This document shows, in pieces, positions 28,741 to 40,240 of a DNA stretch of 64,000 bases. The position numbers and the translations under genes were made by a program. Under the pieces are notes generated by a model that saw nothing but the letters and a program-made list of their open reading frames with translations, had not been told where the DNA came from and made no database searches. The DNA is from Octopus sinensis (lineage: Eukaryota). Each line of letters begins with the position of its first letter. Position 1 is the first letter of the stretch. Location of the stretch: NCBI RefSeq assembly GCF_006345805.1, contig NC_043008.1, positions 65,224,001 through 65,288,000 of the forward strand, read 5' to 3'.

Positions 28741-29072
28741 TACTTTCCTACTCTAGGCACAAGGCCCGAAACATTTGGTAACAGAGGGCCAGTCGATTAC
28801 ATCAACTCCAGTACACAATTTGTACTAAATTTATCGAGCCCAAAAAGTAAAGTCGACCTCGGCGGAATTTGAACCCATAACGTAAAGAAAGACGAAGTAC
28901 CTATTTCTTTACTACCCACAAGGGGCCAAACACAGAGAGGACAAACAAAGACATACAAACGGATTAAGTCGATAATATCGACCTCAGAGCGTAACTGGTA
29001 CTTATTTAATCGACCCCGAAAGGATGAAAGGCGAAGTTGACCTCGGCGGAATTTGAACTCAGAACGTTGCAG
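28741..29072 (-). mobile_element. SINE family A dimer
   Basis: Two core/tail units with alternative tails. Confidence 0.75.
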
Positions 29073-29364
29073 CATTGAAAAAAACCTATTTGTCTACTAC
29101 TATAACTGATTTATTCACAATTATTGCACACTTCTTACACAATATTTTTTTTAAGTGCATGTTCTGGCCACTGATATATTCGTGGATACTTTTGAATTGT
29201 CTACAATATACAACCTGCCTAACGTATTTTTACATTCCTTCCCCTTTTATCTAGATATGTGTGTATGTGTGTGTGTGTGTGTGCATGTATATATGTATGC
29301 ATATATGTGTCTGTCAGTTTCTCTGTCTGTCTCTGTCTCTGTCTGTGTGTATTGTTATATTTTC

Positions 29365-29507
29365 TCTTTATCACAGGTTTTGTTGAAGCTCCTGGAGTCT
29401 TGCAAGTGTAACGGGCCTGCTACCTGCAGCCTAAGGTACCATTCTATCAATTCTTTTCAGCTATCTAATACTTTGCTGATTATTTTGGCAGTGCCAAGGA
29501 GGCAAAC
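29365..29507 (-). mobile_element. Very short 3' end of an R4/Dong-like element
   Basis: KVCLLGTAKIISKVLDS* plus 3' UTR, fused to (TAA)n at 29508-29550. Confidence 0.6.
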
Positions 29508-29508
29508 C

Positions 29509-29550
<42 letters not shown>

Positions 29551-30844
29551 GCTGAGTTGAAAGTTGTAAGGCCAAAATATTTCTTGTGAAATGCATTAAC
29601 CATTTTTTCTACATTTCACCACTTAATACGTCTGGCTTCGTCCCTTCTAGTCAGCAAGTATATATGACAGAATCAGGTGCATCCATTACATCAGTCAATA
29701 AAGAAAAATACATTTTTGTTGATCGTTGAACGAGTTCCCTTTTTTATTTATTTACTATGAGAAGATATATTTACTTCCTACTGACAGAAACAAACTTTTA
29801 CACGTTGGTAAGTAGTTACTGAAATATTACAGCAATTTCAAACATATGGGGAGCGTACTCGAGGAAATAAAATATTTCATATTGTTAGCTTAAACGTTAA
29901 ATGATGAAGTGATTTAAGTTGAATTAAATATTCTATCGAACTACTCTATTAAAATGTAACAAGGATCAAAGGGTTTTTTCTTTGAATTTAACCCCAGATA
30001 ATTCCCCTCTGAAAAGATCAATAGTGAAATGCGCTCTAATGGTAAACATTCTATTTTTCCACTCCAATGCTTGCTTTTTCAAAGCAGTCATAGTGTGATT
30101 TGAGGCAGAGTTTGCTGATATCTCTAGCAAACTGAACATACACTTAAATCTTACGTCGGTTCGTTTCTTGTTATATTTCTAATTTTAGTGAAAGTTAGCT
30201 TTTGTCGGCCAACTCGATTAATCTACGTTTCTCATCATACAAACAGGATCTTCTTTAGAAGAAAAAAATATATATTGGTAGATTAAGGGATTTCTATTAA
30301 TGGAAAAGAAATCTTGCAAAAATATACCAAAACCATAACGGCTAAGCATAGACATAGTTTACGGAGAATGTATTCAAATGAATTTTTCTTGCACATTTTC
30401 TGATGTGTAAAAGCTCTACGATTGATAACTAATACTGTAGTGACCAATAACGCAGACGCTTACTTCCATTCTTTCTTAAACATTTGCTCTCATTTCTTTA
30501 CCGACATCATCCTAGAATTCTTTTTTTTTTTTGTTTTTTTCCATTACGCCTTTTCTATCATTCGTTCTTGCCATTTCATGTCAGACTTTTGTACATTTTT
30601 ATATCTTCTATTCCCTTTCAATTGCTTTTATTATTGTACTTACATTTTTATTTAATGCATTATCATACACTGATTCTATTCTATTTCATAACTCCCTCTT
30701 CCTCTTCATTTATATAAATATATATATATATATATATATAGATAGAGGTATACATACATGTATTATACATAAATATAACTTCTACTATCACTTATCTACT
30801 TACATACGTGAGTATACACACACACACGCATAGGAAAATATATG

Positions 30845-30877
<33 letters not shown>

Positions 30878-31191
30878 GTGGGGTGAGTATATGTGTGCGT
30901 CTGTGTTTCAGCATGTATGTATGTCTGCCTGAATGCGTGCATCTATGTAGATATGTTCAAGTAATTTCAACAGAAATCTACATGATTCTGATGGGAAATA
31001 AACCCATAATCTTTGCCGTTATACCTTAGCTTACGCAAGGAACATTTATTTTAGTGTTATTTTTATTGCCATCATTATTTTGTTTTACCTCATCTCCCAA
31101 ATGCCGTAAAACCAAAACGTTTTACAAGCACTAATATATTGCGGTCACATTGTATATTTTATGGCTAGATACTCATGTATATACACTGATT

Positions 31192-31398
31192 TCAAATTTC
31201 GGCACAAGGCCAGTAATTTCAGCGGTATGATAGGCTGATTACATCGACGCCGTGTGCTCTAGTGGTACTTATTTTATTGACCCCGAAGAAAATGGAAGAC
31301 AAAGTCGAGCTCGGCGGAATTTGAACTCAGAATTTAAAGACGTACGAAAAAACGCTAAACATTTTGCCTGCTCAGCTAATGACTCTGCCAACTCGCCC
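31192..31398 (-). mobile_element. SINE family A, diverged
   Basis: GGCGAGTTGGCAGAGTCATTAGC head, GAGTTCAAATTCCGCCGAG. Confidence 0.7.
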
Positions 31399-31784
31399 CA
31401 AATGTTGTATCTATGTGCGTCCATGTGTGTGTGTAGGATAGTGGAGGAGGATGGAGTGGAAATGAACTGCTGAATTACTGGAGTCTGCTTTTGAATACCA
31501 AGTTCGAACATAAGCGATATAGTTGATTTTGGATTATAACTTTAACGAAACAATCGATTTAAGATAACTTGTACGGGTCGTTGTCTTACATTTTAAACTA
31601 CATAAACGTTTATGCATAGCCCGTCACCATATTGCATGCATAGTGTTGACATAGCGAAATGTTTTCAAATAAGTATGGCATGTTCTCACATGGACGTGCA
31701 TTTACAATACTGAACTGCAATTTCCTTTTTTGTATTTTATATATGCATGTATAACATTATATATATATATATATAATATATATA

Positions 31785-31834
<50 letters not shown>

Positions 31835-31880
31835 AAACAAGTCAAAAATAGAAAATGCTAAGATAATTTTATAGTGAATC

Positions 31881-31925
31881 TTTCAGTACCGGTTTCGGTC
31901 ATTTTGAGACCTTTTCAACTGTAAC
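31881..31925 (-). ncRNA. Minimal type I hammerhead with U3-A8 core (mirror copy in left arm)
   Basis: Exact reverse complement of the 32132-32175 motif. Confidence 0.7.
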
Positions 31926-32131
31926 GATTAAATAATTAAATTTAGAAAAATTAGAAGAAAAGTTTTTTTAAAAGAATATTTCTATAGTAGTGTTCAGATA
32001 TCCTCGAACACACAAGTGCAAACAAGGGAGTCAGAGAAAGGCAGAATGCTACTTATATCTGAACACTACTATAGAAATATTCTTTTAAAAAAAATTTTCT
32101 TCTAATTTTTCTAAATTTAATTATTTAATCG

Positions 32132-32175
32132 TTACAGTTGAAAAGGTCTCAAAATGACCGAAACCGGTACTGAAA
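32132..32175 (+). ncRNA. Minimal type I hammerhead with U3-A8 covariant core
   Basis: TTACAG-TTGAAAA-GGTC(TCAAAAT)GACC-GAAA-CCGG-TA-CTGAAA: stem I CAG/CTG, 4-bp stem II, palindromic stem III ACCGGT, GUA triplet. Confidence 0.7.
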
Positions 32176-32255
32176 GATTCACTATAAAATTATCTTAGCA
32201 TTTTCTATTTTTGACTTGTTTTTTCATATATATCAACTCGTGTGTACCTTTCCAC

Positions 32256-32320
<65 letters not shown>

Positions 32321-32492
32321 TAGATAGATATCTTGATGCTGACATAAGTTCCTTACTTTTTCTGATGAGAAAGCGGCATAATGCACCCCTTATTCCTTCG
32401 AAATTAGTAATATGCAGCCTTCGAAACATATGTCGAAAATAAAATAAAGGAATTTTGTTAATTCGTCGTTCAACTCCATTCTTTCATTTATT

Positions 32493-32525
<33 letters not shown>

Positions 32526-32529
32526 CAGA

Positions 32530-32960
32530 CCTGGCTTCAACTTTTTGAAGCGTGGAAACACTTGGAAACATAGACGAAAAGAAAATTTAAGATTTGATCC
32601 TCTGCTGGACAAAGTGATACTATCAGCTTTTGGGGAGACTATTTCGGAGGCAAAACGAATCTATAGTCACCCTTAAGACGCATACACTGTTAAAACCACT
32701 GTAAAATTGGTTTTTGTGTTTTTTCAAACATACTACATACATTCCAGTTCTTGCACCTTTTGACTATCACCTCTTCGAGTCGCTCAAACATCAATTGCAA
32801 GGACGATGAAGCGCAGGCGGCAGAGCATAAATGGCTGTGGGGCCAACCGAAAACCTTCTCCGATGGAATAAAGAAGCTTGTGAACCGCATCGAAAAGTCA
32901 GAGGGCTTTGTCAAAAAATGATGTACTTGCTTTTGTTTCAATAGATTAGAGAAACGAGCA
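32530..32960 (+). pseudogene. Mariner (DD34D-type) transposase fossil, catalytic and C-terminal fragments
   Basis: Frameshifted peptides KVILSAFG, LAP.DYHLFESLKHQLQG and DEAQAAEHKWLWGQPKTFSDGIKKLVNR..K..G.FVKK*, resembling the mariner C-terminus. Confidence 0.65.
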
Positions 32961-33128
32961 TGCATATGATTTTTACTTTACCTTTAACATAGCTAATAGG
33001 TTATGCAATTTTATGTAAGCAAGTATAAATGTATACGGTATGAACCTATAGATTCGTGTATTTGTGTTCAGACACGTATACATGCGTACATATATGCACA
33101 CACACACACACGCACACACACACACACT

Positions 33129-33215
<87 letters not shown>

Positions 33216-34112
33216 CAGGGTACAGTGAAGACATTGTCGTCTAAATTACTCAAAAATCGTAAATAATACAGACATCTCATTTTAACATATATATTCACCA
33301 AAATTACATAAAAAATACCTTGAAATAGTAAAGAGTAAATTTATTCAATAAGATCAACGTTGGCTTCAACCACGGACTCCAGATGACTTCAGGAATCACC
33401 TGTACCTCTCCTGAACGATCACCTTGTTTAAGTTGGTGAATGCTGCCATAATCCTTGCCTTCAGTTCATCTGCGTATTTAATTTTTATCACTTTCGGTAC
33501 ATGTGTTGGGGACACGGCAAGCTAACGGTTTATCTGTGCGTTCACCATCTGTCCTGGAGAAGAAAAAAAAAACCAATGCTACTTCGGTTGGAGGGGATGT
33601 TTGACTTTGTTCAAAAGCTTCGTAGTGCGGTCTTTCCTCTTGTCCTTAATGGCTTGGGATAACAATTGCCCCTTTCTTATTTTGTTTGAGGAATACCGAA
33701 TGTCTTCATGCACTACTTGCCTGATAAGAAGCTCACACACTTCCATGGCCTTGGCAATGGATCTAATTGACTTGGAAGTAGCGTTGTCTATCTTACCAAC
33801 AAATTCAAGAGTTCTTTTCTTATCATAGCGATCAGAGTGAGTCTTCCGAGCTGCCGTACTTTCGTAATCATCATTAAACTCATACAACTCTTCCTGAATC
33901 CTCTGCACTCTCCTCAGACTGACGCACAAACACTCTAAAATGTTCGTATTGGAGATTCCAGCGCAAATACCAAGCACTACATGTCATTTCCAAATTTGTG
34001 GCAAGGGGAATTGCCCAACTGACCCTATAGTGTGTAGGAGACAAAATCATAATGAAACAATGAGCATATGCGAAATAAAAAATATAAAATGGCGAAAATT
34101 TACACATTCTGC

Positions 34113-34115
<3 letters not shown>
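33216..34115 (-). mobile_element. Internally deleted Tc1/mariner-superfamily DNA transposon fossil (maT/DD37D-like), copy 1
   Basis: HTH-region ORF (KSIRSIAKAM..VHEDIRY..KGQLLS..KLLNKVKHP) and C-terminal DELKARIMAAFTNLNK; TA-CAGGGT end with a degenerate opposite TIR; TA flanks. Confidence 0.75.
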
Positions 34116-34144
<29 letters not shown>

Positions 34145-34147
<3 letters not shown>

Positions 34148-35040
34148 GGTACAGTGAAGACATTGTCGTCTAAATTACTCAAAAATCGTAAATAATACAG
34201 ACATCTCATTTTAACATATATATTCACCAAAATTACATAAAAAATACCTTGAAATAGTAAAGAGTAAATTTATTCAATAAGATCAACGTTGGCTTCAACC
34301 ACGGACTCCAGATGACTTCAGGAATCACCTGTACCTCTCCTGAACGATCACCTTGTTTAAGTTGGTGAATGCTGCCATAATCCTTGCCTTCAGTTCATCT
34401 GCGTATTTAATTTTTATCACTTCGGTACATGTGTTGGGGACACGGCAAGCTAACGGTTTATCTGTGCGTTCACCATCTGTCCTGGAGAAGAAAAAAAAAA
34501 CCAATGCTACTTCGGTTGGAGGGGATGTTTGACTTTGTTCAAAAGCTTCGTAGTGCGGTCTTTCCTCTTGTCCTTAATGGCTTGGGATAACAATTGCCCC
34601 TTTCTTATTTTGTTTGAGGAATACCGAATGTCTTCATGCACTACTTGCCTGATAAGAAGCTCACACACTTCCATGGCCTTGGCAATGGATCTAATTGACT
34701 TGGAAGTAGCGTTGTCTATCTTACCAACAAATTCAAGAGTTCTTTTCTTATCATAGCGATCAGAGTGAGTCTTCCGAGCTGCCGTACTTTCGTAATCATC
34801 ATTAAACTCATACAACTCTTCCTGAATCCTCTGCACTCTCCTCAGACTGACGCACAAACACTCTAAAATGTTCGTATTGGAGATTCCAGCGCAAATACCA
34901 AGCACTACATGTCATTTCCAAATTTGTGGCAAGGGGAATTGCCCAACTGACCCTATAGTGTGTAGGAGACAAAATCATAATGAAACAATGAGCATATGCG
35001 AAATAAAAAATATAAAATGGCGAAAATTTACACATTCTGC

Positions 35041-35043
<3 letters not shown>
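34145..35043 (-). mobile_element. Tandem copy 2 of the same Tc1/mariner fossil
   Basis: Identical 132-aa and 75-aa ORFs; only homopolymer-length differences from copy 1 seen. Confidence 0.75.
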
Positions 35044-35075
<32 letters not shown>

Positions 35076-35080
<5 letters not shown>

Positions 35081-35243
35081 TCAAATTTACAGAAACCCAA
35101 AGACGAATAGAGATGTGGGAACAACAAGCATGTGTATTAGTTTAACGCTCGGAAAGAATGGAACAGTCTTTTAAGTTTCGAGCATATGCTCTTCGACAGA
35201 AAAAACAATTGAGAGAGAAAATACGTGCAGCGTTCAACGATCC
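35076..35243 (-). mobile_element. TA-flanked repeat fragment with a degenerate HHR-like motif
   Basis: Minus strand CTGTCGA-A-GAGC(ATAT)GCTC-GAAAC at about 35199-35175. Confidence 0.45.
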
Positions 35244-35677
35244 AATATATATATATGTGTGTGTGTGTTTGTTTTGTATGTACATGTAGGAATATATATA
35301 TATATACATACATACATACATACATACATATGCAAACATAGATACATAAACATTACATTTATATACTCGTGCTTGTATTGTTCATACTTAATACTGTGTC
35401 CGGTCCTATTTGCTTTTATTTGACTTGTATTTATATGCGTTTATAATGTATAACATATATGCTGACTAATGCATGTTTATTCAAATATGAGTCCATAAGT
35501 TTAGGGAGATACAAAACGACCCACACGTACACATATTTCTATACGTACATACACACACACACGCACACACATACAAACACACGTGTGTTACTTTATCTGT
35601 CTGCATTTTCTGTGTATATACCTACATACATAAATGCATATAAACATAATACATAGAGAGATGCGTCCACACACACA

Positions 35678-35755
<78 letters not shown>

Positions 35756-35964
35756 TATGTGAAATAGAAAGATGAATAATCTTGTAGTAGATTAATCAAA
35801 AGTTTAACCGATACCTTAGTAGCAAAAATCACAGCAGTAAACAGCACGGTTGGAGGTACAACCATATGGTGTTGCAACCGTGCGTTGGTGCGGATAATTG
35901 AAATTAAAACATTATTGGTGAATTGAAGAAATGGAGCTGAACGCAGATTGAACAGAAATCGTTT

Positions 35965-36058
35965 TATTTCATTCTACACGTGTTTCGAAAGGCACAAATT
36001 ACCAAAATCCGATTGAATAATGGGACCATATTGTGTTTTTCTCTTCAGGAAGAAAATA
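35965..36058 (-). ncRNA. Type I hammerhead ribozyme, extended stem II (3' copy)
   Basis: Same fold as 39579-39660. CTGAAGA at 36048-36042, GAAA at 35986-35983, 55-nt stem II with 11 extra loop nt and one extra mismatch. Confidence 0.75.
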
Positions 36059-36643
36059 GGAAATCCGTTGGAAAAACAAAAACAGAACAGAGGCGGAGCA
36101 AAACAATCGAACTATGCTCCGAAGAGCCCATGGCGAAACTGTTTATCAGTGTATGTTGAGAACCGGTGGCTGAAGAATTTAACGGGTCAGGCATCGGTCA
36201 ACCATGTGGGTGAGGGTGTGTGGGTGTTCTTTGTGACCGAGAATAAAGTTCTGACTATTTAAGGAATATTGGATGTTTTATAAGGGGCGAGAAAAAATCT
36301 ACTTAGAGACGTGTGTGTGTGTATACTGTTCTATATATGTGTGTGTTGGCGTAGGGGTAGAAAACATTTTTTGTGTACGTGTGTGCGTTTGATCGTTCGG
36401 CTGTCAGTGGCTACTGCCGCGAGAACCGTTGGGTGGCAGAAAAAAAAAATATATATATTATGTTTTATGTGTGTGTGTGTTCATCTAAGCCTGCCTTGTC
36501 AAGGAAGCCCTCCGCTGTGAAAAAACCAAGCCCCGTTTGCCTTACAGGAGTAATTCCCCGTGCAGTGGTTAATCGTAGATATCTTAAAGGCTATTTCAGA
36601 ATTTCTTACCAAGGGCTATGGGTGCCGGTATTATTTATAAACG

Positions 36644-39322
36644 CTATTTAAAAGCCAGATAAGTGTAACGCCGCCAATGGGGGCATCGAAAAGCCGACTG
36701 TAAAAGCCCGTTTACCATCCGGCCTCTGGCAAACAAAATATGGAAGAGTTCGGAGACACAAAGGTTGCACTGCCTTCTGCCCCTATCAAATGGGAGGGCC
36801 ACCGACAAAATTGACCATTCCAGCCTGTAGCTTAAGTTCGTATCCTTCAGTCGCCATATTAGCTTACTGAGTCCCGTGGTCTGGCGCTTGTTCATGTCCC
36901 GAAAAGTTGCGTAATGGTTGGAGACACGCAAAGACAACCTGAGGATGAGGCCCCTACATAAGTGAAGACATCTGAGTCCGTGTAAACCTTGCATTGGTAG
37001 ACGGCGTTTTTGATCTTGGAGTTCGCCGACGTGAATCTTATTCTGCTAGGATTAGTTTCTGAAATTAGAACTGCGTTCCTGTCACTATATTCGTTCCGAG
37101 ACCTGCAGCCGCTTACTACTCTATTTTCCACTACGTCACTATTAACTATAGGAATAACCCCTGATTCTCCACTATCTATCAGAGTGCTGTCATTGCTACT
37201 GCCCGTGTGCTGCTATTGCGGGAAATGATGCTGGGGATGCTATGGGGCTCTCTACCCTACTCCCATTGTTACCGTCAACCACAACACCCCTATTTATAAC
37301 TATACCCCTAGTGGGTATTCCCTGGCTGGAGCTGAGATTATGTGTCACTGTACTGGCTCTCATATTATTACTACTATAATTATTCCTACTGAGCATTAAA
37401 CCGGGAGCGGAAGAGGCTGTGCCTCCGAAAAAGGTGATAGGGTCTTAGTAAGTAGCCTATTATTATGGGAGGCGATTATCTGGGCGAGGTTTTTAGTGTT
37501 GGAGAAAGCTATCCTAACTTTATGCGAGTTAACCGTGGAGTAATATTTGGAATTTCTGGGGAAGTTATTGGCGATGGCTTGTCTAAACATGAGGGGGAGG
37601 TTAGTTCTAATATGCTTACCAAAGGGGATTACAAACCATATATGCTTATTCCTATCAGTGTGATGGGTCGGGACGCCAGCTCTCGCGTTCGGGTGGGTGA
37701 TTCTCAGATGAATAACGGGTCTTGGGTTAGTGTAAGACCTCCCGGACCGATAATTATCCTTGTTCGCTAAATTAAATGCGGGAGCGACTACCCCGGCATC
37801 CGCCGCGCTCCCGTCCTTACTTAAAATGTTAATGTTATTATATACGGCCCTATCCTGATGACCGAATGATGGCATCGGAAGGGCCGGATCAATATAAATT
37901 ACCTTCTGCCTATAACCGGCCTTAGATAGTGCGGCGTTATAAAATTCCGCTTTCTGCATAAAAATATCGGCACTGGCGGACAAGCCAGACAATCTTAGAG
38001 AGATGTTTTTAACCAAATTGTCTGTTACGGTTTTGGCATGATTCGAGAAGACACTGACATACTTCAAATTAGTGGAAGGCTTATGGTTAGGGCAGTATGA
38101 GTCGCTATTAAGGTTAAGTGTAACGTCTAGGAAATTAGCCTTGGTGAGTTCATTATCAAATCTATACTCATGCCCATTCTATTAAAAAACCTAGCTAACC
38201 TGCTCTTAGTTTTCTGCACTATTCTGTTCGTGGTGTTTTGCAGGTAAAACAGACAATCGTCACGATACAGGCCGCCCGCGATCTCCGGGAATTGGTCGGA
38301 CAATTCGTAGAGAAATATATTTCCGACCAAATCGGCTATCTGCGCACTATCCGAACTACCCATAGGCACATCAAATTCATTGGGAGTATCTTTACGGATC
38401 CACAACTTATTATCAAACTTAATAAACGATTTCCTGGCAACTAAAATGATATCTATCTCTTCTCTGGTGAGGCCAGCCTTGTTGTGAGCATGCCAGAGGG
38501 CCTTATTTAGCACACTAGGGTTAATCGAGGGGTAGAAGCTGGCGATATCAAACTGAATGAACCTAGTACGGTTCTTATTGGGGATGGAAGAGAACCACTT
38601 CACTACCTGCGAGGAGTTGGCCCAGAGGCTGAGTTTCAGCTTGTTTACTAAACTAGGGATATATTTATCTAAAATGTACTTACTGATTATCCCGATATCA
38701 GATCTAGCAGGGCATATGAGTCTTAGCGCTGGGTTGGTGTGGAAGTTCGGTTTATGGTCCATCACTATAAATCTGGGTTGCTTGGGGCTAAGCGGCTGAG
38801 TTCTCATTTGAATTCGGTGTTTAAATATTATTTCCTTAATTTCCAAGTTTACCTTCCTCAGGGTACTCCAATTGGTTTTTCTATAATTTTTCTTGATCTC
38901 TTTACCGAGTAAATCTAGGTACTGCTTAATGGGCATCTTGTATGTGTTCCTGGTCTTGTCGGACTGGACCAGGACTCCGTCCGTTCTATTAATGTCCTTG
39001 GTAATTTTATCTAGGTATCTGAGGTGGGCATTTCTCCTGGGTGACTTCCTGAACTTAATCTTTCTAACTATGTCCCACAAGTCGTCCTCAAACTTCTTCA
39101 GTCTTGGGTTAGATGGCGGCGTATCCAATGTTTTAAAAAGCCGGCCGTATTCGGACGATGCTGTTGTCCGGTTCGATTTTAGATCTTCGTTCTCGTGGAA
39201 GAAAATGAGCCATCTTGTCCGGTTTATGAATGCGTTGGTTTTACAAACCAACTCCTTAAGGAAGGCATCCTTCGGTGGTATAGGAATATCCTTAAGGACG
39301 CATCAATCTCGAACAACTCCAT
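36644..39322 (-). CDS. PLE RT + GIY-YIG polyprotein, about 890 aa when reconstructed; broken here by about six 1-bp deletions
   Basis: ATG at 39322 gives MELFEIDASL/KDIPIPPKDAFLKELVCKTNAFINRTRW after one frameshift near 39296. RT motifs FDIASFYPSI, FDVPMGSSDSAQIADLVG and GLYRDD; thumb PYHKP..LKYVSVFSNH; linker WFVIPF..TNL..NFP; endonuclease VYQC..YVG..R..NH..LSKLIW.LK and CNLC..E. TAG at 36644-36646. Confidence 0.88.
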
Positions 39323-39578
39323 TATTGGTATCGGTTAAAGTAGCAGTTTCTTGACGAAGCGGTATGTATTATGTGAATAGAAAGATGAATAATCTTGTAG
39401 TAGATTAATCAAAAGTTTAACCGATACCTTAGTAGCAAAAATCACAGCAGTAAACAGCACGGTTGGAGGTACAACCATATGGGGTTGCAACCGTGCGTTG
39501 GTGCGGATAATTGAAATTAAAACATTATTGGTGAATTGAAGAAATGGAGCTGAACGCATATTGAACAGAAATCGTTTT

Positions 39579-39660
39579 ATTTCATTCTACACGTGTTTCG
39601 AAAGGCACAAATTACCAAAATCCGATTGAATATTGTGTCTTTCTCTTCAGGAAGAAAATA
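39579..39660 (-). ncRNA. Type I hammerhead ribozyme, extended stem II (pseudo-LTR copy)
   Basis: Minus strand: CTGAAGA (39650-39644); stem II GAAAGACACAA/TTGTGCCTTTC (10 of 11 paired, 44-nt insert); GAAA (39599-39596); palindromic stem III ACACGTGT; GUA triplet; stem I TTTCTTC/GAA(T)GAAA. Confidence 0.8.
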
Positions 39661-40240
39661 GGAAATCCGTTGGAAAAACAAAAACAGAACAGAGGCGGAG
39701 CAAAAACAAATCGAACTATGCTCCTAAGAGCCCATGGCGAAACTGTTTATCAGTGTATGTTGAGAACCGGTGGCTGAAGAATTTAACGGGTCAGGCATCG
39801 GTCAACCATGTGGGTGAGGGTGTGTGGGTGTTCTTTGTGACCGAGAAAAGTTCTGACTATTTAAGGAATGGATGTTTTATAAGGGGCGAGAAAAAATCTA
39901 CTTAGAGACGTGTGTGTGTGTATACTGTTCTATATATGTGTGTGTTGGCGTAGGGGTAGAAAACATTTTTTGTGTACGTGTGTGCGTTTGATCGTTCGGC
40001 TGTCAGTGGCTACTGCCGCGAGAACCGTTGGGTGGCAGAAAAAAATATATATATATTATGTTTTTATGTGTGTTGTGTTTCATCTAAGCCTGCCTTGTCA
40101 AGGAACCCCCCGCTGTGAAAAACCCAAGCCCCGTTTGTCTTACAGGAGTAATTCCCCTTGCAGTGGTTAATCGTAGATATCTTAAAGGCTATTTCAGAAT
40201 TTCTTACCAAGGGCTATGGGTGCCGGTATTATTATAAACG

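Larger units (their letters stand above)
31831..32225. mobile_element. Fold-back element: 171-bp inverted repeats around a 53-bp spacer, in (TA)n, each arm carrying an HHR
   Basis: 31831-32001 is the reverse complement of 32055-32225 with one mismatch seen; TA runs on both sides. Confidence 0.9.

Noticed and set aside
39300-39312. In-frame TGA upstream of the RT ORF suggesting selenocysteine recoding, which is known in some Naiads
   Set aside because: No ATG in that frame after the previous stop. A 1-bp frameshift to ATG 39322 gives a better N-terminus, and the rest of the ORF has no in-frame TGA.
38238-39354. Plus-strand ORFs (68-153 aa) over the PLE
   Set aside because: Antisense shadows of a long coding frame, with no recognisable domains.
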